From the NCBI GenBank assembly GCA_050633305.1, contig JBOEGF010000019.1, positions 128,001-192,000 of the forward strand: 64,000 nt of DNA. Direction: 5' to 3'. Every line of letters begins with the position of its first letter. The stretch's first letter is position 1. The DNA comes from Nannocystales bacterium. GTDB lineage: Bacteria; Myxococcota_A; Polyangia; Nannocystales; Nannocystaceae. Below the pieces are notes generated by a model that saw only the letters and a list, made by a program, of their open reading frames with translations, did no database searches and was not told where the DNA came from. Both the position numbers and the translations under genes were made by a program. Positions 21,842 to 29,594 of the stretch are shown in pieces.

Positions 21842-22771
21842 TCACTCCGCCAAGACGCGAGCGACGATCTGCTCGGACTCGTCCCATAGCCGCTGGGCGA
21901 GCGCCGAGTCTCGGCCGTGCGTGCTGCACTTGGCCTCGTTGCAGTCGACGAAGTAGCGGCCGCTCACAGCGGCCAACGCGGGGTTGGTTGCCACGTAGCA
22001 GGTCGTCGCCGCACCTTGAGCCACGTTCTTGCAATAGAGCAGACCCGTGACCGCGTAGACCCCGTTCGAGAACGGATCCATGTGCCGTGAAAGGTTGGTC
22101 CGGATCACGCCAGGGTGCACAGCGTTTGCGGTCTTGTCAGTGCCTTCGAACCGGCGCGCCAGCTCGACAGCGAGCAACAGGTTGGCGAGCTTGGACTGGC
22201 CGTACGAACGCCATCGGCTGTAGTTGGATTCGCCAGAGAGGTTGTCGAACTCGATGCCCGCGGCTGGTGCGAGGTTGTGTCCGTAGCTCGAGAGCATCAC
22301 CACGCGTGCTGCGTCCGAGAGGCACTCGAGCAGCCCGGTCACCAGCGTGAAATGCCCGATGTGGTTGGTGAAGAACTGAAGCTCCAGGCCATGTTTCTGC
22401 TGCAGCTTGGGCAACGCCATGATCCCCGCGTTGCAGATCAGCAGGTCCAATTCGACGCCAAGACCCCGGACCTGCTCTGCGCATCGCCGTACCGAATGCA
22501 GGTCCGAGAGCTCACAGACCACGGGCGTGGTCGCCTCGCCGATGGACTCGCAGGCCGCCCGTGCCTTGTCTTCGGTGCGCGCCGCTCCAACGATGTGACA
22601 TCCCCGCATCGCCAGCACCCGGGCGGTCTCGAGTCCCAGTCCTGAGTTCACCCCGGTGATGAGGGCTCGCTTCCCGGTCAGGTCGATCCCCTCGGTCACG
22701 TCGTGAGCAGTGGATGCGTAGCCGAATCCGCTGGCGCCGCAGGTTCCTTTGATGATGCCGAGTAGAGACAT
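21842..22771 (-). CDS. Short-chain dehydrogenase/reductase (retinol-DH/WWOX-like)
   Basis: TGVNSGLG, NAGIM, NHIGHF, YGQSK, VHPGVI. Confidence 0.93.
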   Translation of the reverse strand: MSLLGIIKGTCGASGFGYASTAHDVTEGIDLTGKRALITGVNSGLGLETARVLAMRGCHIVGAARTEDKARAACESIGEATTPVVCELSDLHSVRRCAEQVRGLGVELDLLICNAGIMALPKLQQKHGLELQFFTNHIGHFTLVTGLLECLSDAARVVMLSSYGHNLAPAAGIEFDNLSGESNYSRWRSYGQSKLANLLLAVELARRFEGTDKTANAVHPGVIRTNLSRHMDPFSNGVYAVTGLLYCKNVAQGAATTCYVATNPALAAVSGRYFVDCNEAKCSTHGRDSALAQRLWDESEQIVARVLAE

Positions 22772-22933
22772 GAGAGCGGCTTTCGCTCGTAGGACGGTAC
22801 CTCAGGAGGCACCGGTGGTCTCGACGCTGGCGGCCGCGGCCTCGAGGACGGACTTCTCGCGAAGGCCGTCCTCCTCGGGCACCCTTTGCCTCAGGACCGA
22901 GGTCCAGGGTGGGGACCCACTCCGGAGGCCGTC

Positions 22934-23839
22934 TCAAGCCAGCTGCGCCAGCGCCAGGTGCCCGACACGACGAAGGTGGTCGGCCATGCCTTCGACGGGT
23001 CCCGCTGCCAGTTCTTCGGCCGCCCAGGCGAGGGCTTCCCATACGCAGTAGAAACGGGCCCGCGCCAGCCGTTGGGGGGCGAGTGGAGAGTCACCCAGCG
23101 CCTCTCGAACGAACTCGATACCGAAGTCGTCCATGAGCGTGCCTAAGTCGCAGGCGGGGTCGCCGACCCCGAGGTCGCCAAAGTCGATGACACCGGCCAG
23201 CCTCGCGTCGTCGGCGACGAGTACGTGATGGTCGTAGAGGTCACCGTGCACGAACACCCACGCTTCACGAGGACACGGCTCGACCTCCTGCGCCAGCCTC
23301 CGACAGGATTCGGCGGCACTGCGAGGCATTTGGCTCAACACGAGCCGCTCAATGGCCTCTACGTGGGAGTAGAGGCCATGAAACCTCGTCTCCGGTGGCC
23401 GGACGGGAGCTGTGTCGATGCCGACGGCCTGCAGCTCACGCACGAAGCGACCGATGTCGACAGCCAACGCCCGACGCTGGGTGGGAGTCAACGCATCCCA
23501 CGATTCTGCGAGCAGAGGAGACCCGAGCACGGCCTCGTGCACGAGCATGGATCGGCCGGTGGCGGGGTCGCAGCCGAGTTGGGTTGGCCGCGGAATGCGA
23601 ACCTCGATCGCCTCCGCCAGGCTCGGAAGCAACGCTGCCTCGACAGCCAGGGGGTTGCTCGCGTCGCGTTCCGAGTCGTTCGACGCGAAGCGCACGATGT
23701 GGCCGTCGCCGATCCACCAGGCCTCGTAGCACTCGCCGACCCCCGCCGGTCGCAGAGGAGCGTTGGCCAACTCCGGGACGAACGAGCGTAGCGCGGCCCG
23801 GACCCCCGACTCGGTTCGACCTGTCCGTGCCTCGACCAC
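22934..23839 (-). CDS. Aminoglycoside phosphotransferase (APH)-family kinase
   Basis: HGDLYDHHV and GVIDFGD...GDPACD motifs. Start taken as GTG 23839. Confidence 0.8.
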   Translation of the reverse strand: MVEARTGRTESGVRAALRSFVPELANAPLRPAGVGECYEAWWIGDGHIVRFASNDSERDASNPLAVEAALLPSLAEAIEVRIPRPTQLGCDPATGRSMLVHEAVLGSPLLAESWDALTPTQRRALAVDIGRFVRELQAVGIDTAPVRPPETRFHGLYSHVEAIERLVLSQMPRSAAESCRRLAQEVEPCPREAWVFVHGDLYDHHVLVADDARLAGVIDFGDLGVGDPACDLGTLMDDFGIEFVREALGDSPLAPQRLARARFYCVWEALAWAAEELAAGPVEGMADHLRRVGHLALAQLA

Positions 23840-23840
23840 A

Positions 23841-23922
23841 TCGAAACTGTAGCGCCCACGAGGGGGAAGGTTTCGTCCTCTGCAAATTCGAAACTGTAGC
23901 GCCCACGAGGGGGAAGGTTTCG
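23841..23922. repeat. Perfect 35-bp direct repeat, two copies, 12-bp spacer
   Basis: tcgaaactgtagcgcccacgagggggaaggtttcg at 23841-23875 and 23888-23922; each unit has inverted ends (cgaaac/gtttcg). Confidence 0.9.
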
Positions 23923-23939
23923 GCGCACCGCGGGGGGTC

Positions 23940-25629
23940 TTGCGCCCGCTCGGCGTTCGGAGCTGGAGGTCCGACGCTGGAGATTTGAACCTGCGAACCG
24001 ACCACTCGGCCGGCCAGACGGAGGACTTCACCTGCGACGACGCACACCAGTTGCTGACGTGGACCTGGGGCGGCGTGACAGCGGAGGCCAGGTACGATGT
24101 ACTCGGGAACATCACCGAGAAGTCGGGACAAGGTACCTACCAATATGATCCTGCAACGGACCGGTTGAGCACGGTGGGCGCACACGCATACTGCTACGAT
24201 GACAACGGGAACGCGTTGTCCGATGGCGAGCGCACGCTGACGTGGACGGCGCAGAACATGGTCCGCTCGCTGCAGCGCGGTGGGCAGGCTTGGTCGCTGC
24301 TCTACGACGCGGATGGCACGCCAGTGGTCCGCGGAGAAGCTGCGGCCAACACTGCGACGTACTCCGTGGCCCCGACGTACGAGCTGCGGTTCGACGGCTC
24401 CGAGATGAGCGAGGCGCGGATCTCTGTGCTGGGCGGGACGGGGCGTGTGGTCCCGGAGGTGTTTGCAGAGCACACGGCGCTTGAGGAGAACGGGCTGTGG
24501 GAGCACACCAAGAAGTACGTGCATGACGACCATCTAGGGTCGGCGCACCTGGTGACGGATCGCGACGGTGCGGTGGAGTCGCGCGTGATGTTCGGGCCTT
24601 GGGGGGGAGCGCGAAACGGGAACAACTGGACCTCATCGCTGAGCGAGTCTGCGCTGGACGAGCTGCCGGTTGGGTTCACTGGGCACCAGCCGGAGCTGGA
24701 CGCGGGGATCATCAACATGCGCGGGCGGATCTACGACCCAGCGGTGGGTCGGTTCATGAGCGTGGACCCTATGATCGAGAACGCGCTCGAGGTTGGGACG
24801 TGGAATGCGTACAGCGACGTTCAGAACCGGACGCTATCGTTGGTGGACCCGACGGGGCACGGCGCCGGCTGGGATGAGGACATTGAGCGGCATGAGGCCA
24901 CGCTGACCGACAACGGATTCGTAGGTGCAGAGTACCAGAACGTTGACGCCTACCATCAGCAGAAGGGCTTCTGGACCCCGTACAAGGCGCAGACTCATCG
25001 GCCACGGGTGGAGGACGTCGAGGAGGAGGTGAAGAAAGACGGTGATGGGAAGCCGGTGGAGGCCGTCGCAGTGGAACACAAGGCCGCTGCCTGTAAGACG
25101 TCGTCGGACCCATCTTCCAAGCCGTACGAGTTGAAGAAACGTGCGAAGGCCAGCAAGGTGTTCTTGGACCCGAAGATGGCTACCCTCTCAGCTGCGAGGA
25201 TGTTCGGAGGGCTACGACCTATCGGAGTGGGGAACTTGAGTGGGGCACTCAGGTGTTCCGCGTAAACGTTCTGATTGCCACCGGGACCTCGTTCGTGAGT
25301 TTGAGCTTCTACAGCTATGAGACCCCCTATCCGGGGCAGAAACCCACTCCCGCCGAGAAGGCCATGGGCATCACCGGAGTCTGGCGTGGGAAGGAGTACA
25401 ATATGCCGGGCGGGGGAAGGAAGTCGTTGTCAACCTTCATCGTCATCCTAACAACAGCCCGCCGTCGGATGGGGCCGTTAGCGACGTTGCGAAGACTCGG
25501 GCAGATGGCGTGCCAACGATTGTGGTGGGGAAGTCTGAGAATTGTCTGGTGTTTCTCGTTCCGGGGCCAGGTGGAACAGACTACGCGGAGTACGAACGCG
25601 GACCCGTTTCTCTAGGTGGTGGAAGGTAG
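23940..25629 (+). pseudogene. 5'-truncated (orphan) Rhs core with frameshifted JAB/DUF4329-like C-terminal toxin domain
   Basis: YD repeats, HDDHLGS, GFTGH, MRGRIYDPAVGRFMSVDP, DPTG. The C-terminus continues through two -1 shifts (~25210, ~25415) to HRHPNNSPPSDGAVSD and ends at TAG 25627-25629. Confidence 0.75.
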
Positions 25630-26154
25630 ATGATGCCGATCGACATGTTCATGATATTTGTTCGGGGCGGGACGCTTTCGTTCTTCGCGACTGTCGCGAT
25701 GGCCTGCACTCCGACGGCTCCTGCGCGGGATGACGCTGCGATACTCCGCCTGCGAGATGTCATCGCCAATCCCGAAGATTATGTGGGCAGCACGATCGTG
25801 GTCGAAGGGTTCGTGCATGCCTCATGGGGCGGAGGCACTATCTTCGACTCGAGACAGGCCGAAACCGAATACCGGTCTTCCGAGGGGCTGCGGCTAGTCC
25901 CACTCCAACAGCTGCCGTCATTCACGCAGGCTGACGGGACTTTCGCGGAGATTACCGGGGTCTTTGAGACCCCCGTCCAACCTTGGGGCGACTGGCCGGG
26001 GGTGATTACGGTGCAAAAAGTACTTCCGAAGGAACGTTTTCGCCCCGCAGCAGCGTCTCCGAAGGAGGCGGCGGACATGTCGTTGGAGGAAGTTGACGAA
26101 CTCTTCCATAAGTCGGTGGAGCACGCTGAGAGGCAGATGCTAGAGTCCAACTAG
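25630..26154 (+). CDS. Lipoprotein, OB-fold-like; candidate Rhs immunity protein
   Basis: VAMAC lipobox; VIANPEDYVGSTIVVEG motif; ATG immediately follows the reconstructed toxin stop codon. Confidence 0.6.
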   Translation: MMPIDMFMIFVRGGTLSFFATVAMACTPTAPARDDAAILRLRDVIANPEDYVGSTIVVEGFVHASWGGGTIFDSRQAETEYRSSEGLRLVPLQQLPSFTQADGTFAEITGVFETPVQPWGDWPGVITVQKVLPKERFRPAAASPKEAADMSLEEVDELFHKSVEHAERQMLESN

Positions 26155-26352
26155 GGCGAGAATGTCGACCATTCCCCGCTTTTTGGGGCGGCTGGTCGCT
26201 GCGTTTTGACCGCTCAGACAGACTCCGCTGGCCCCATCTCTTCCGAACCTCGTTCACGTGCGGTGCAACTATTCCTGATTGCCGATCGCTAGCAGTCCAC
26301 CAATCGTTCCGAAGATCGAAGGTCGCCTTTCCAATCACTCTGAGGTACGTAT

Positions 26353-27004
26353 GTGAACGCAGCTGACCACATCTTCCTAGCATGCCTCCTCGTTCTCCTC
26401 ACCGCATGCAGCGACCCGGCCGCGGCCCTCCTCGAACTCCAAACCTGCGATCCGACCGAGTCCCCCACAGAACTCCTGCGCCTCGAAGGAACGCACATCG
26501 CTTCCCCCGTGGACGCCTTTGACCTCGGGGACGCCGTCTCGCTGAGCTACGCGCTCGAGCGCGACGCGGACCCGAGCACCGTGCAGGGTTCCTTTGCGGT
26601 ACAGCGTGGTCGACAACTGCGGCGGCTCGCCGGTGCATCTTCCGGAGACCTTCGGCCTGCGCTCCGGCGCAGCAAACGTGGGCGGCGAGATCGTCCTGTG
26701 CGGAAGCGGCGAGGCGTCCGAGGACAAGGGCGTTTGGGAGCTGATGGCGGACGGGAGCCGAGGGTAAGACTTGGGTCTCGGCGACCGATGCAGCATCGGG
26801 TTTCGCCCCGACAGCAACGAGGGGGACCTTTGGCTCTTCCAGCGGAGCGTCGACGGGGCGTTCGACGTGATCGCGGACGAGCTAGCCAGTGGACAGAACG
26901 CGGGTGGACTCCAGCACGCGTGGACGCCCGAGCTCGGCCGGATTCTCCATTCCGTGCGTGACGGCGATGCCGTGAGCGTTCGACAACACGTGCTCGCGCC
27001 GTAG
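26353..27004 (+). pseudogene. Degraded lipoprotein gene
   Basis: LLTAC lipobox. Protein-like sequence shifts frame near 26600 (YSVVDNCGGSP...), hits an in-frame TAA at 26765-26767, then continues as the 26771-27004 ORF. Confidence 0.6.
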
Positions 27005-27156
27005 CGGGACTACCCACCGTTCTGGGCGGCCCTCTGTCCGCGTTACTGTGACCGCTTGCGCCAATAGTCGGGCTTGCGGCTGGAGTGCTCGGCCGGCAGC
27101 ACCGTCGCATGACCATCGAGTGTTGCGATCACGAGGGCGTTGCGCCGCCCTCGCTG

Positions 27157-28167
27157 CTACCAGGGCACGCCCTGCAGCGCGACCAGGATCCCAAAGCTCG
27201 CCGCCGCCCCCACGAACGCAAACAAGGCCAGCCCGCCAATCCCAGGCCCCGACGACGCCAGCGCCGTGGGCGGCATCGTGTCCAGAGACAACCCCCCCAT
27301 GCCACCCCCGCGGTCGCCCTCCAGCGAGTAGCCACTCGCCGCCGCGTTCCCGCGGTCGCCTTCGAGGGAGTACCCACTCGCAGCCGCGCCGGGTGAGCCG
27401 CCGCCGTCGAGGGTGTAGTTGGAGGGGCTGCTGGCCCCGTCGCCTCCCATGACGAAGGAAGGGCTGCTCTTGGGTGGGGGATCGCTGGGCACGATGGGCT
27501 CGATGACGGGTGCGGGTGCGGGGGCGGGGGCGGGAGTGGGTGCCGGCGGGTTGGGTTCGTGCGCGGCGTGCATCGTGGCAGGTGCCGCGCCTGGTGGTGG
27601 TGCGGGCTGATGCTCCGCGTGAATGGTCGCGGGTGCTGGGAGCGCGGGTGCGGCGGGCTCGGGTTCAGGGACCACGGTTTCCCCGCCGCCCAATGTCTTG
27701 TTGGGGCCGGTGTCCGCCAGGGCGGGGTCGGTCTTCGATGCGCCGAGCGGCACCTCGGTGGGGAGGATGGTGTCGGCGTCGGAGAAGGGGTTGGGCGGCG
27801 CAGGGATCGCGCCTTGGGTGGCCTGGCTGGATGGCTTGACCGAGGTGGCGGGAAGCACGGTGGCTTGGCTGCCGGGGTGGGCGACAAAGCGCAGCCGCGT
27901 GCCCCCGATCACGAGCTCGTCCCCATCGACCAGCCGGTGCCGCTGCACCTTCTCGCCGCGAAGCGTCAGCCCGGCGCTACTCTCCAGGTCGACGATCTCG
28001 TAGCCGCCCTGCACCGGCTCGATGCGGGCGTGGTGCCGAGATGCGGCCTGCTCCAACAGAACGACGTCGTTGTCGTCTGCGCGCCCCAGCCCGATGGAAG
28101 CCTCGCCCAGGGGGAGAACCCGCTCCTGGGCGCCGACCTCGGTCGTCAGTATGCGCACAATGGCCAC
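27157..28167 (-). CDS. FHA-domain protein with Pro/Ala-rich linker and C-terminal TM
   Basis: IGLGRADDNDVVL...ASRHHARI...VDLESSAG...LVDGDELVIGGTRLRF. Confidence 0.85.
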   Translation of the reverse strand: MAIVRILTTEVGAQERVLPLGEASIGLGRADDNDVVLLEQAASRHHARIEPVQGGYEIVDLESSAGLTLRGEKVQRHRLVDGDELVIGGTRLRFVAHPGSQATVLPATSVKPSSQATQGAIPAPPNPFSDADTILPTEVPLGASKTDPALADTGPNKTLGGGETVVPEPEPAAPALPAPATIHAEHQPAPPPGAAPATMHAAHEPNPPAPTPAPAPAPAPVIEPIVPSDPPPKSSPSFVMGGDGASSPSNYTLDGGGSPGAAASGYSLEGDRGNAAASGYSLEGDRGGGMGGLSLDTMPPTALASSGPGIGGLALFAFVGAAASFGILVALQGVPW

Positions 28168-28230
28168 GGGCGGAGTGTAGCAACCCACCGTGGCAGACGC
28201 AGACGCGCCCGCCTGCTAACGTCCGCGGCC

Positions 28231-29583
28231 GTGCGCGCCACCATCTTGCTGCTGGTCCTGTGCTCCAGCCTTTCACTCCCCGGATGCAAGCGCACCGTCG
28301 CGCCCGGGAACCGCCAGGACGCGGTGGCGATGGGGGACTGGTACTCGTGGCGGGACCTGACACCGCTGGTCGAGGTCGCGGAAGCCCACGCGCCGGAGCC
28401 GGCGGTGCGAGCGATGAAGGATGCGTCGAAGCTCGTCCGCGACGGCAAGGCCGCATCCGCCGACCGCCGTCTCTCGGAAGCCTCGAGCGGAGCGGGGCGG
28501 CAGTGGATCTCGGTCGCCCGTGCCGACCTCGCAGCGCTGCACTTCTCGATGTGCATCCGCGGCGTCGCCTGGCGCTTGGTCGATGGGGAGGAGCCCAGCC
28601 CGACGGAGCGCGAGATGGACTTCTCGGAGGACACGAAGGTCGAGCCCGGGGATGTTTCGGTACTCGCGTTGCTGACCAACCTCGATGAGCCGCTCGGAAG
28701 CGAAGACGAGGCGCTCTCGGTGCAGGCTCGAATCGCACGTGCTCGGGTGGCGGCATTCTCCCAGCGCTGCCCGGCCAACGATGACGTCGCCGAGATGTCC
28801 GCGGGCACGCTCGAGTCCGACCTCGCGACGCTCGCGGCCGAAGGCCACCTCACCCCCGACCTCGCGTATCTATGGGCGGGCGTTCAGATGAACCGCTTCT
28901 CGGGGACGGCGGCTCGCCCGTTCCTGCTGCAGGCGCGGGACGGCGGGTTCGACCATCCCGCAGTCACGTTCATGCTGGCGGTCATCGCCCTCGAGGAAGA
29001 GAAACTCGACGAGGCGGACACGCTCGCCACTCAAGCGATCGAGCGCTACACGACCCTCGAGGACCCACAAAACGTGGGCGAGGCTTGGTTCGTCCGCGGC
29101 GAGGTGGCTCGCGCCCGAAAGGACAACAAGGTCGCCAAGGCACACTACGCCAAGGCGCTGACGTCCAACCCTCTGCACGCGCCGTCGATCCTCGCCACCG
29201 CGACCCTCATCGCGGAGGCGTCCACACCGGACGACGCGGCCGAGTATGTCGCGAGCCGGATGGGGCCCTTCATGCTCGAAGGCCCGCTCGACGGCGAAGG
29301 TGTGCGGCAGGTCGGGATGAACCTGGAGACGATCGTGTTCATGGCGACCGAGCCCCTCGCGGCGCAGATCAGCCGAGACGCGATGCTTGCGGCGATCGAC
29401 AGTGAGCCTGACCCGATGCGTCGCGGTCTTCGGTACTTCTTTGCGGCGACCCTCGACGTGCGCTTGGGGGAGTACGAGGTCGCGCATGGCCACGGTGTCC
29501 TGGCCAAAGAAGAGTTCGCCGAGAGCGGCGCTCCACCTCCGGTCGACATCGAGCAGTTCCTGCAGCGCGTCGCGCCGCGCTGA
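28231..29583 (+). CDS. TPR-containing lipoprotein
   Basis: Start reassigned to GTG 28231; SLPGC lipobox; TPR-like AWFVRGEVAR...AKAHYAKAL. Confidence 0.7.
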   Translation: MRATILLLVLCSSLSLPGCKRTVAPGNRQDAVAMGDWYSWRDLTPLVEVAEAHAPEPAVRAMKDASKLVRDGKAASADRRLSEASSGAGRQWISVARADLAALHFSMCIRGVAWRLVDGEEPSPTEREMDFSEDTKVEPGDVSVLALLTNLDEPLGSEDEALSVQARIARARVAAFSQRCPANDDVAEMSAGTLESDLATLAAEGHLTPDLAYLWAGVQMNRFSGTAARPFLLQARDGGFDHPAVTFMLAVIALEEEKLDEADTLATQAIERYTTLEDPQNVGEAWFVRGEVARARKDNKVAKAHYAKALTSNPLHAPSILATATLIAEASTPDDAAEYVASRMGPFMLEGPLDGEGVRQVGMNLETIVFMATEPLAAQISRDAMLAAIDSEPDPMRRGLRYFFAATLDVRLGEYEVAHGHGVLAKEEFAESGAPPPVDIEQFLQRVAPR

Positions 29584-29594
29584 TTCGGTTGACG

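Noticed and set aside
22802..22880. Short minus-strand peptide VPEEDGLREKSVLEAAAASVETTGAS
   Set aside because: Possibly a gene-end remnant, but too short to support a call.
22934..23839. Bona fide aminoglycoside resistance gene
   Set aside because: Only generic APH-family motifs; the substrate cannot be inferred from sequence.
23841..23922. 35-bp repeats as a CRISPR array
   Set aside because: Only two units with a 12-bp spacer, and no cas genes in the window.
25205..25420. Programmed ribosomal frameshifting in the Rhs tip
   Set aside because: No canonical slippery heptamer was seen, two shifts would be needed, and the gene is already 5'-truncated.
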